A DNA stretch of 64,000 nt, taken from the NCBI GenBank assembly GCA_947488545.1, contig CANKZE010000001.1, positions 17,054-81,053 on the forward strand, given 5' to 3'. The notes under the pieces were generated by a model. That model searched no databases. It was not told the DNA's origin and saw nothing but the letters and a program-made list of their open reading frames with translations. The DNA is from Bacteroidota bacterium. Lineage in GTDB: Bacteria > Bacteroidota > Bacteroidia > Flavobacteriales > Flavobacteriaceae. Shown in pieces: positions 9,145 to 18,077 of the stretch; position 1 is the first letter of the stretch, and each line of letters begins with the position of its first letter. The position numbers were made by a program, and so were the translations under genes.

Positions 9145-11160
9145 TTAAATCTTCTTTAAAACAATTTTTTCACTGTGCTTATCTACTATTTCTTTGAAGA
9201 AATTTTTCAATACATCATAGTATTCAGGACTAATAATTGCTTCGTTAATGTCTAAAGTATAGACAATTTGAAATTTATTTTCGGTGGTGGAAACTAGATA
9301 AGTAAAACTACAAATTCCGTCAATCATTGCAACCGACTTTGATTGCGGAACAGTTTCTATAGCATATCCCTCAGGAATTGTAAAACTAATATTGTATTTG
9401 TCCTGATTTGGAAAAATAAAATCTACCGGGTATTCTCTCTTTTCTTGAGTAAAAATATTTTTAGTTTCTGCTAAAAAGAAAACTGGAGAAAAGTACATCT
9501 TATCTCCTATAACTTCAATTGCATTATTATGAGTAAAAGTATAATTTTCGACTACTGGTTTTGATAAATCAGTTTTATTAAGCACTTCATAATCACCAAT
9601 TTCAATTCCAGGATATCTTTTTTCAAGTTTTTCTAAATAACTTTCCTTATTTAAATTATTGTACCTTTCTCTGAATGAATAGGCATTGTAATCAAAATAA
9701 TTTTCTCTAATTTTCCCGGTCAATGTTCCATCTTTTTCAATGGTTAGCATCATATTAATTACGTCCTTAGAATTGTTTTTTGGCATTAAATCAACTTCTG
9801 TTGATGTTGCGTCTTTTTTAATCATTCTTCCTATCCAATTCAAAGCATTAAAAGGTAAGATGTTAGGCAAAGTATTTTTGTGGGTGGCATCCAAAAGAAA
9901 TAAACTGTTATTGTATTCAACTCCTGCTATTACGTAGTTAAAAGCCGTTCGTGATGGATAAACTGTTATACCATTTGAACGAGTGCTCAACAACACTGGA
10001 TTAGCTTCAATTCCCGCATAACGCAACATGGATACAAGCATCAAATTAATTTCGGCAACATTTCCAGTTTTATCAATATAGGCTCTTCTAACTCCTTCAT
10101 CGCAATAATAACTGTTATTATTATTCCAATTCATTCTTGACTTTACAAAGTTGAAAATAGCACCAATTTTTTCTTCAGTAGTAACCAATCCACTTAATAT
10201 TATATCGAGATCCTTTTCAAAATACCCAGTTTTATCAACTTCAGGTCCAAAGTTTTCTGCCATATAAATTTTTCTCACAACGCCTTCCCAGTCGGATGCA
10301 AAATTCTCAAAACTGCTTTGCGGCATTCTTTTTCCTGAAAGTTCATGAATAATAGAAGAGGTATAATTATCAATATTATTAACAAAAGCCTCGTCTTTTA
10401 TTGCAGTCACATTCTCGGCTACATATTTAGTTTGTGTTTCTATGTAATCTATTCTATCATAGTCAAATTTAGTAGGATCGGTAGAAGTTCCAGTAGCTCT
10501 GGTTTTATCCGTTAGAGTGATAGTTCTATTTTTGCTTTCTACCGAAGATGTAATTGGAACATACCCTTTATTTCTAACATTGTAAACATAGTATTCGGGA
10601 ATACATGCTAAAAATTCTGAGTAATTTACAGGAATGTCTCTTTGAAAATACCACTCTGGCAAAGTTGAAAAATAGGGCGAGCGAATCACGACCTTAAATT
10701 CTAGAATGGATCCTACTTTAACATCTGGAAGTGTGATTTTTTTTCTAAAATAGTTTTTAGAACGGTTTTCTGTAAACTCCCCTTCGCTTTTTAACTTCGT
10801 TTTTTGAATTTTACCATCAACTAAATTGTAGGTAATCGCTTTTGAAAAAGTAACGGTTTCAGATGGTGATCCTCCTGTAAAATAATTATAGGCATGAGAA
10901 GCATTACCATAACCTTCTTTTTTATAAATTTTTATTTTAGTATCAATTTCGGTCACCATCCCAAAACCATTTAATTCTGAATAATCAAAATAGGTTCGTC
11001 CAACTTGAAATAGCACTGCAGCTACTTCAGATGTATCTATCGGATGCGTTTTTTCTTTCAATTCTTCAATAGTTACTTTACCCAATTCGTATTTTTTCTG
11101 GGAGAAAACAACTGTATTTATTAATAAAAAAACAATGGTGAGTACTATTTTATTTTTCAT
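9145..11160 (-). CDS. DUF3857/transglutaminase-like secreted protein, probably catalytically inactive
   Basis: Signal peptide and LPDVKVGSILE; the catalytic positions read GNVAEIN and FNYVIA. Confidence 0.8.
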   Translation of the reverse strand: MKNKIVLTIVFLLINTVVFSQKKYELGKVTIEELKEKTHPIDTSEVAAVLFQVGRTYFDYSELNGFGMVTEIDTKIKIYKKEGYGNASHAYNYFTGGSPSETVTFSKAITYNLVDGKIQKTKLKSEGEFTENRSKNYFRKKITLPDVKVGSILEFKVVIRSPYFSTLPEWYFQRDIPVNYSEFLACIPEYYVYNVRNKGYVPITSSVESKNRTITLTDKTRATGTSTDPTKFDYDRIDYIETQTKYVAENVTAIKDEAFVNNIDNYTSSIIHELSGKRMPQSSFENFASDWEGVVRKIYMAENFGPEVDKTGYFEKDLDIILSGLVTTEEKIGAIFNFVKSRMNWNNNNSYYCDEGVRRAYIDKTGNVAEINLMLVSMLRYAGIEANPVLLSTRSNGITVYPSRTAFNYVIAGVEYNNSLFLLDATHKNTLPNILPFNALNWIGRMIKKDATSTEVDLMPKNNSKDVINMMLTIEKDGTLTGKIRENYFDYNAYSFRERYNNLNKESYLEKLEKRYPGIEIGDYEVLNKTDLSKPVVENYTFTHNNAIEVIGDKMYFSPVFFLAETKNIFTQEKREYPVDFIFPNQDKYNISFTIPEGYAIETVPQSKSVAMIDGICSFTYLVSTTENKFQIVYTLDINEAIISPEYYDVLKNFFKEIVDKHSEKIVLKKI

Positions 11161-11170
11161 TTTCTTAGAT

Positions 11171-13078
11171 TTAATTTTTAGAAATTACTATTTTAGAATT
11201 ATCATTCTTTTTCACTTTCTCAATAAACAATCGGAATTCTTCAAAATCCTCTTTTGGATAAATCCCTTTTTTCAAAAGTAGTTTTCGTTTATAGACTATA
11301 TTCAGTCCGTCTTTTTTTACAATCTCGGTTTTGTAGACACCAAATTTATTACTTATTTCGGTGTTTTCCGGCATTGCTTCAATTAAAAAACCTGTAGGTA
11401 AAACGATTGCAATTTCATCATTATCTATAAAACCTCTTTCAATTTCAAATGGGTTGTTTCGGTTCCTCGTTTTTTTAAGATTTCCTGAATATTGGTTGAA
11501 AGCATTTACTGCAAATAAAATTTTATTTTGAGAAACAGCACCGTAATTTACAGCACTAATATTAAGGTTTTCTGTAAATGAAATCTTTTCTTTGTCGTTT
11601 TTAAAAGTAGTGCTATTGATAACTAAATTATTAATATTGCTCCAATAACTTTTATAATTTCTCTCTTTTTCATTTGGTGGTAGTTTTTCTATGTGGTACT
11701 TTTTACCATATTGAGTGCCTTCAGAAACTATTGAAATTTCTCCATCAAAATCACCAGTTTCAGAAATGGAATATTTGCCTTTGCTGAATTGTGAATTCGT
11801 ATTTTCATCATAATTTTTAGTGCGAACAATTTCACCACCTTCAGGTTTAATTACCACCACATTTCGATCATCGGTAAAATTAGCCTGATATCCGAATGGA
11901 TTGTCTTGGCTTGTACATTCTAAAAAAACATACTCGTTTTGATTTGGAATAGCCAAAATAACATGATTTCCTTGAACCGAAAAAAAATCAGATTCGATAT
12001 CAATTTTATCTGAATCGCCATATAATTCTGTATAATATGCAGGAACATCAACAGCATTTAAAAGCGCCCTAGTGTAATTCGATAACGCTTTACAATCACC
12101 ATAACTCAATCGATCAACATCGCTTGCCAACATTGGTTTAAAACCACCTATTCCTACTTGTACGCTGATGTATCTTGATTTGTTTTGAAGATACTGGTAA
12201 ACTATTTTTGCTTTTTTTATTGGATCTTTTTCAGATCCCACTAACGATTTAACTTTTGTAATTGTTTCATCAGACAATTCGGAGGTTCCTTTTAGAATTT
12301 TATCAGAAAACCACTGACCGTATTCTTTCCAGTTTTTGGCTGTACCATCAACACCTTCTAGATTAAATGACTCTAAACTCAACATTACTCTTGGGTAAAT
12401 TTTGATAAAATCGGGGCTTAATTCTTCCGGCTTTTGAGCAATTACACCTTCAACAGCATAGGACAATTGTGTTGTAGAATCTAATGTTCTTTTAATCTTA
12501 AATTTATCTAAATTAAACTCTTTCTTTTTAAAACCCAAGTCATTAGGATAAGTAACATTTAATGAGCTTTTTTCAATACTCACGTAAAAATCGGTTATCG
12601 GCATCCACTTTGGTATTAATGCGGTATTTGATGTTTGGATTTCACAAGTAAAATTGACCGTAAAAGGATAATTTATTGGAGTATAATCTAGGTAAACAAC
12701 GCGGCTATCCGAAAAAAGGGTTCCACCACTTACTGCGCTTTCATCAATAAAATCTTTTTTTCTAACTTTCTTAATTTCATTACCAAAGGCATCATAAATA
12801 ATTGCTTCAATAGCATTTAATGATCTAGATTTATCATATCCTGTAATTGCGCCAATTGCACTCAACCCATTTTTATTAAAAACGGTTACAACTCTATTGG
12901 TAGTAACAATCATTTTTCTCTGTGAAGAGATTGAAATTTCTTGATGATTTAAACGAACAACAGCATTTGAATTAGTTAATAAACTATCGGCAATTAGGAT
13001 AACAGGAAATTTTATCTTTTGGGCTGTTGCTACAAATGCAAAAAATGTAAAAAGCAGAATCGTAAGGTTTTGTTTCAA
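11171..13078 (-). CDS. DUF3857/transglutaminase-like secreted protein
   Basis: Signal peptide; RYISVQVG, YGDCKALS and GNHVIL retain the catalytic Cys and His; TTG start. Confidence 0.85.
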   Translation of the reverse strand: MKQNLTILLFTFFAFVATAQKIKFPVILIADSLLTNSNAVVRLNHQEISISSQRKMIVTTNRVVTVFNKNGLSAIGAITGYDKSRSLNAIEAIIYDAFGNEIKKVRKKDFIDESAVSGGTLFSDSRVVYLDYTPINYPFTVNFTCEIQTSNTALIPKWMPITDFYVSIEKSSLNVTYPNDLGFKKKEFNLDKFKIKRTLDSTTQLSYAVEGVIAQKPEELSPDFIKIYPRVMLSLESFNLEGVDGTAKNWKEYGQWFSDKILKGTSELSDETITKVKSLVGSEKDPIKKAKIVYQYLQNKSRYISVQVGIGGFKPMLASDVDRLSYGDCKALSNYTRALLNAVDVPAYYTELYGDSDKIDIESDFFSVQGNHVILAIPNQNEYVFLECTSQDNPFGYQANFTDDRNVVVIKPEGGEIVRTKNYDENTNSQFSKGKYSISETGDFDGEISIVSEGTQYGKKYHIEKLPPNEKERNYKSYWSNINNLVINSTTFKNDKEKISFTENLNISAVNYGAVSQNKILFAVNAFNQYSGNLKKTRNRNNPFEIERGFIDNDEIAIVLPTGFLIEAMPENTEISNKFGVYKTEIVKKDGLNIVYKRKLLLKKGIYPKEDFEEFRLFIEKVKKNDNSKIVISKN

Positions 13079-13134
13079 AATTTGGCGTCAAAGGAATTTA
13101 TAATATCCAAATATAAACAAAAAATGTATGAAAA

Positions 13135-13587
13135 TTATGATTTGTTTTTACTGTCAATTATTATGGTTACGGGGCCATCGTTTACCAATGCCACTTTCAT
13201 ATCTGCTCCAAATTTACCCGTTTGGATTTTCTTTCCAAGTTCAAATTCCATTTGTTGAAGGAATTTTTCGTACAAAGGAATTGCTATTTCTGGTTTTGAA
13301 GCTTTGATATATGATGGGCGATTTCCCTTTTTAGTACTTGCGTGTAATGTAAATTGACTTACAATAATTATATCACCATTAACTTCTTTTACAGATAAGT
13401 TCATGACTTCATTTTCGTCGCCAAAAATTCGTAGGTTGATTATTTTTTGGCTAAGCCAATTGATGTCTTCCATGGAATCTTCGTCTTCAATACCAACCAA
13501 TACCAATAAACCACTTTGAATAGTAGCTACAATTTCGGTTTCAATTGTTACCGATGCGGATGTTACTCTTTGAATTATTACTTTCAA
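13135..13587 (-). CDS. dtd: D-aminoacyl-tRNA deacylase
   Basis: IQRV, SQFTL, GNRPS, FGADMKVALVNDGPVT. Confidence 0.96.
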   Translation of the reverse strand: MKVIIQRVTSASVTIETEIVATIQSGLLVLVGIEDEDSMEDINWLSQKIINLRIFGDENEVMNLSVKEVNGDIIIVSQFTLHASTKKGNRPSYIKASKPEIAIPLYEKFLQQMEFELGKKIQTGKFGADMKVALVNDGPVTIIIDSKNKS

Positions 13588-13590
13588 ATT

Positions 13591-13622
13591 AATTGTGAAT
13601 TGTAAATTATGAATTGTAAATT
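13591..13622. repeat. Heptamer tandem array downstream of a four-helix-bundle remnant
   Basis: aattgtg aattgta aattatg aattgta aatt. Confidence 0.75.
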
Positions 13623-13639
13623 AATGAAGAAATCCATAA

Positions 13640-13800
13640 TTATTTTTTTAAGTTATTCTTAGTTGAAATAATTATTGAAGCTAGGAGCACAATAGCTTAC
13701 TTAATACAAATTCTTTTTTATCAAAAATTAAAAATTGCTGCAATTTTACGATTCGTAATGCAAAGTTAAATGATTTTGTTTTTATTATATTTTCAGCCAT
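13640..13800 (-). pseudogene. Internally deleted four-helix-bundle (TIGR02436-like) gene
   Basis: ATG at 13800 gives MAENIIKTKSFNFALRIVKLQQFLIFDKKEFVLSKLLCS*; another frame gives LLASIIISTKNNLKK*. These resemble the family's N- and C-termini with the centre missing. Confidence 0.75.
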
Positions 13801-13864
13801 AATTTGCATTAATAATCTAGATTACAATTTTTACCTATTCGAAATAATTAATATAATAATTATT

Positions 13865-14845
13865 TTACTTATTCCTGGTTTCATCACTTGCTTTTCGATC
13901 CTCATCGTAAATGTCTGTTCGATAATGTTCTTCATCACCCTCTAAAATTTTGAGATAACTTTTATATCTTGACCAAGAAATTTGATCGTTTTCAAGGGCT
14001 TTTTTTATTGCACAATGCGGTTCGTCTTTATGCAAACAATTATTGAATTTACATTTGTCTTTTAACTTAAAAAACTCAGGAAAATAACCGCTAATTTCTT
14101 CTTTTTCCATATCTACAATCCCAAATCCTTTGATTCCGGGTGTGTCAATAATTCTAGCGTCAAAACTTAAATCGTACATTTCAGCAAATGTAGTGGTGTG
14201 TTGTCCTTGCATGCTTTGCTCGGAAATAACTTTCGTTTTTAAGTGTAAATTAGGTTCAAGCGCATTAACCAAAGTGGATTTTCCAACTCCTGAATGTCCA
14301 GAAAACATACTCACTTTATCAATCATTAGTGCTTTTAACTCTTCAATTCCTTTCATTTCAGTAGAGGAAACTCGCAAACATTGGTAACCAATCTCTTGAT
14401 AGATATGTTGCAAGTACAATTGTTCGTCTAAAGTCGTTTCGTCAAAGGTATCAATCTTATTAAAAACCAAAATTGTTTCAATTCCGTAGGCTTCTGCAGT
14501 AACTAAAAAACGATCAATAAAATTGGTAGTTGTAGGTGGATTATTAATTGTAATTAATAGAAAAACACGATCAATATTGGATGCTATAATGTGCATTTGA
14601 TGCGATAAATTCACCGATTTTCGAACAATATAATTCTTCCTTTCGTGAATATTGTGAATCGTACCGGTAACAGAATCGGATGTTTCTTCAAGTTCATAAT
14701 CTACCCAATCACCAACGGCAATTGGATTGGTACTTTTAATGCCTTTGATTCGGAATTTACCTTTCATACGGCATTCAATAAAATCACCATTTTCTGATTT
14801 CACAGTGTACCAACTTCCAGTAGATTTATAAACAAGTCCTGTCAT
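13865..14845 (-). CDS. rsgA: Ribosome small subunit-dependent GTPase A
   Basis: NKID, GHSGVGKSTL, GQHTTT, DTPG, CKFNNCLHKDEPHC. Confidence 0.97.
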   Translation of the reverse strand: MTGLVYKSTGSWYTVKSENGDFIECRMKGKFRIKGIKSTNPIAVGDWVDYELEETSDSVTGTIHNIHERKNYIVRKSVNLSHQMHIIASNIDRVFLLITINNPPTTTNFIDRFLVTAEAYGIETILVFNKIDTFDETTLDEQLYLQHIYQEIGYQCLRVSSTEMKGIEELKALMIDKVSMFSGHSGVGKSTLVNALEPNLHLKTKVISEQSMQGQHTTTFAEMYDLSFDARIIDTPGIKGFGIVDMEKEEISGYFPEFFKLKDKCKFNNCLHKDEPHCAIKKALENDQISWSRYKSYLKILEGDEEHYRTDIYDEDRKASDETRNK

Positions 14846-14860
14846 GAGGCAAATATATAG

Positions 14861-15958
14861 TTAATTGGAAGAATGATTCATTATTTTTTCTTGATGGCTG
14901 ATGCTTTCTTGATGTATTGCCTTGAATAATTTTAAAATAAATTCTTCGCTTAATCCTTTTTCTTCTCCGTCAGCGACCATTTTTTCTAGAATTTCCGCCC
15001 ATCGTTTATTTTGTAAAACAGCTACATTCTTGGCTTTTTTAATTGCGCCGATTTCTTCTGCAACCTTCATTCTATTTCCTAATAATTCCAATATTTTAGA
15101 ATCGGTGATGTCAATTTTTGCTCTCAACTTTTCCATATCAATATTGAAATCTTCTTCAAATGATGCTCTCCTAACTACTAATTCTTGAAATATTTGCATT
15201 AATGCTTGAGGCGTTACTTGTTGATCGGCATCACTCCAAGCGTTTTCTGGATCATTATGCGTTTCAATCATCAATCCATCATAATTCAAATCCATCGCTT
15301 GTTGGGAAACTTCTTTTATCATCGCTCTTTTACCGGTAATGTGCGAAGGATCGCAAATTAGAGGTAAATCAGGAAATTTACTTTGCAAATCGATAGCAAT
15401 TTGCCACTCGGGAATGTTTCTGTATTTTGTTTTTTCATAGGTTGAAAAACCTCTATGAATTACGCCTAATTTCTTAATTCCAGCATTGTATAAACGCTCT
15501 ACACCACCTATCCATAAAGCCAAATCTGGGTTTACTGGGTTTTTTACCAATACAATTTTGTCGGTGTTTTTCAATGCATCCGCAATTTCTTGAACTGCAA
15601 AAGTATTCACCGTAGTTCTAGCGCCTATCCAAAGCACATCAATATCATGTTCTAATGCTAACTTTACATGCGCTGCATTCGCAACTTCAATTGCCATCAT
15701 CAAACCGGTTTCTGCTTTTGCTTTTTGTAACCATTTTAACCCAATTTCACCAACACCTTCAAATCCTCCCGGGCGAGTTCTCGGTTTCCAAATTCCAGCT
15801 CTGAAAATAGTAACGTCAGAATTTTTTAAATCGTGAGCAATTTTTAATACCTGCTCTTCCGTTTCTGCGCTACAAGGCCCCGCAATCATCAATGGATGTG
15901 GCAAGTTAAAGTCGTCTAACCACTTTCTCATTTCTTTATTGTTAACCATGTTTTTCAT
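14861..15958 (-). CDS. Bifunctional DAHP synthase / chorismate mutase
   Basis: IAGPCSAE, WKPRTRP, WIGAR, DPSH; C-terminal AroQ-like LRAKIDITD...RMKVAEEIG. Confidence 0.93.
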   Translation of the reverse strand: MKNMVNNKEMRKWLDDFNLPHPLMIAGPCSAETEEQVLKIAHDLKNSDVTIFRAGIWKPRTRPGGFEGVGEIGLKWLQKAKAETGLMMAIEVANAAHVKLALEHDIDVLWIGARTTVNTFAVQEIADALKNTDKIVLVKNPVNPDLALWIGGVERLYNAGIKKLGVIHRGFSTYEKTKYRNIPEWQIAIDLQSKFPDLPLICDPSHITGKRAMIKEVSQQAMDLNYDGLMIETHNDPENAWSDADQQVTPQALMQIFQELVVRRASFEEDFNIDMEKLRAKIDITDSKILELLGNRMKVAEEIGAIKKAKNVAVLQNKRWAEILEKMVADGEEKGLSEEFILKLFKAIHQESISHQEKIMNHSSN

Positions 15959-16146
15959 TCTTTGGATTGCACTATTTAAATATTCTACAAAATTATTACA
16001 ATTATCTTGAATACCCTTTTTGTTTGCTTATTATTTACAACAATTTTAGATTTTGTTCGTTACTTAAATAAATTAATGAGTCGGCATTTTAGAAATGATT
16101 ATGGTAAACCTAATTTTTCTGCTTACTTTTGTTTAAAATAAATATT

Positions 16147-17046
16147 ATGTCAATTGAAGTTGTAAATATTTCTAAAAGTTATGGTGATCAGAAAGCCCTG
16201 GACGCCGTTTCATTCTCTGTTAAAAAGGGAGAAATTGTAGGTTTTTTAGGTCCGAATGGCGCTGGAAAATCAACATTAATGAAAATATTAACTACCTATA
16301 TCACTGCAGATGAAGGAAGTGCAGCGGTAAACGGATTTGATGTAAATTCCAATCAAAAATCGGTTCAATTGTCTGTTGGTTATTTGCCTGAGCACAATCC
16401 ATTGTATTTAGATTTGTATGTAAGAGAATATTTGGCTTTCAATGCCGATGTTTTTAAAGTGGTAAAATCTAGAATAAATGACGTAATAGAATTAACCGGA
16501 TTAACTTCTGAAAGTCATAAAAAAATTGGGCAATTATCGAAAGGATATCGTCAAAGAGTAGGTTTAGCCAATGCGCTTTTACACAATCCCGATGTTTTAA
16601 TATTAGATGAACCTACCACTGGTTTAGATCCAAATCAGTTGGTTGAGATTCGAAATGTGATTAAAAACGTTGGAAAAGACAAAACGGTATTCTTGTCAAC
16701 ACACATCATGCAAGAGGTTGAGGCCATTTGCGATCGCGTTATTATTATCAATAATGGTAAAATTGTAACCGATAAAAAATTAGACAAACTGATTTCTTCC
16801 GACAAAGAACAAGTTATCGAAGTTGAATTTGATTTTAAAATCGAGGAACAGGCTATTGCAAAAATACCTCATTTAAAATCCTATAAAAATGTTCATGATA
16901 TGGTTTGGGAATTGACTTTTATTTCTGAAACCGATATGCGACCAGTCGTTTTTGATTTTGCAAATGAAAATGGTTTAAAAACCCTTCAATTGAATCAAAA
17001 GAATAAAAATTTAGAAGCTATTTTTAGGGAAATCACCAAAAAATAA
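16147..17046 (+). CDS. gldA: Gliding motility ABC transporter ATP-binding protein
   Basis: GPNGAGKST, LSKGYRQRVG, DEPTTGLDPNQ. ATG at 16147 follows a TACTTTTG element at 16124-16131. Confidence 0.88.
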   Translation: MSIEVVNISKSYGDQKALDAVSFSVKKGEIVGFLGPNGAGKSTLMKILTTYITADEGSAAVNGFDVNSNQKSVQLSVGYLPEHNPLYLDLYVREYLAFNADVFKVVKSRINDVIELTGLTSESHKKIGQLSKGYRQRVGLANALLHNPDVLILDEPTTGLDPNQLVEIRNVIKNVGKDKTVFLSTHIMQEVEAICDRVIIINNGKIVTDKKLDKLISSDKEQVIEVEFDFKIEEQAIAKIPHLKSYKNVHDMVWELTFISETDMRPVVFDFANENGLKTLQLNQKNKNLEAIFREITKK

Positions 17047-17050
17047 TTTA

Positions 17051-18007
17051 CTAAAATACTGCTTTAGCAATTTGTCGAATATTCTCTGATTTTCCCATAG
17101 AATAATAATGTAAAACAGGAACTCCCGCTTTTTTTAATTCTAAAGATTGTTGGATTGCCCATTCAATTCCTACTGCTTTTACCTCAGCTGCAGTAGTACT
17201 TTTTTCAATAGCGCTAATTAAATCTTCTGGTAAGTCTACACGGAAAACTTGTGGCAATAGCTGCATGTGTTTCTTTACAGCAATTGGTTTAATTCCTGGT
17301 ATAATTGGTATAGTAATTCCAATTGCTCTTGCTTTTTCTACAAATTCAAAATATTTAGAATTATCAAAAAACATTTGGGTAACCACATAATCGGCACCGG
17401 CGTCAACTTTCTCTTTTAATCTTTTTAAATCAGATTGTAGAGAAGGCGATTCCAAGTGTTTTTCGGGATAACCGGCCACACCAATACAAAAATCTGCTTT
17501 ATTATCAACGTCAATTAAATCATGTAAATATTTACCGTCATTTAATTGTTTAATTTGTTTTACTAAATCTACCGCGTAATTATTACCTCCATTTTTGGGC
17601 ATAAAATATTTCTCCTCCTTCATTGCATCACCTCGTAACGCCATCACATTGTCGATTCCTAAATAGTGGCAATCTACCAATAAATACTCCGTTTCTTCTT
17701 TGGTAAAACCACCACAAAGTACATGCGGAATTGTATCTACATTGTATTTATGCTTGATAGAAGCACAAATTCCAAGAGTTCCAGGGCGCATTCTGGTTAG
17801 TTTTTTATCCAATAATCCGTTTCCTTTGTCTATATATACAAATTCTTCACGAGAAGTCGTAACATCAATAAATGGAGGATTAAATTCCATTAACGGGTCT
17901 ATATTATCATACAATTCTTGGATACTTTTCCCTTTTTGAGGTGGTATAATTTCAAAAGAAAATAAAGTGTTCCCTTTCGCTTTTTCGATGTGCTTTGTTA
18001 CTTTCAT
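17051..18007 (-). CDS. metF: Methylenetetrahydrofolate reductase
   Basis: FSFEIIPP, MALRGD, AGYPEKH, VTQMFFD. Confidence 0.95.
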   Translation of the reverse strand: MKVTKHIEKAKGNTLFSFEIIPPQKGKSIQELYDNIDPLMEFNPPFIDVTTSREEFVYIDKGNGLLDKKLTRMRPGTLGICASIKHKYNVDTIPHVLCGGFTKEETEYLLVDCHYLGIDNVMALRGDAMKEEKYFMPKNGGNNYAVDLVKQIKQLNDGKYLHDLIDVDNKADFCIGVAGYPEKHLESPSLQSDLKRLKEKVDAGADYVVTQMFFDNSKYFEFVEKARAIGITIPIIPGIKPIAVKKHMQLLPQVFRVDLPEDLISAIEKSTTAAEVKAVGIEWAIQQSLELKKAGVPVLHYYSMGKSENIRQIAKAVF

Positions 18008-18011
18008 ATAA

Positions 18012-18073
18012 TTGGTTGTTGGTTGTTGGTTGTTGGTTGCAGATAATTTCTATCAACCATTAACTATCAACTA
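18012..18073. repeat. Inverted pair of heptamer arrays with no gene between them (metH/metF junction)
   Basis: Plus strand (ttggttg)x4, a spacer of about 10 nt, then ctatcaa ccattaa ctatcaa cta. Confidence 0.85.
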
Positions 18074-18077
18074 TTAT

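Noticed and set aside
18012-18073. CRISPR array interpretation of the short repeats
   Set aside because: Units are 7 nt, contiguous and lack unique spacers; no cas genes.
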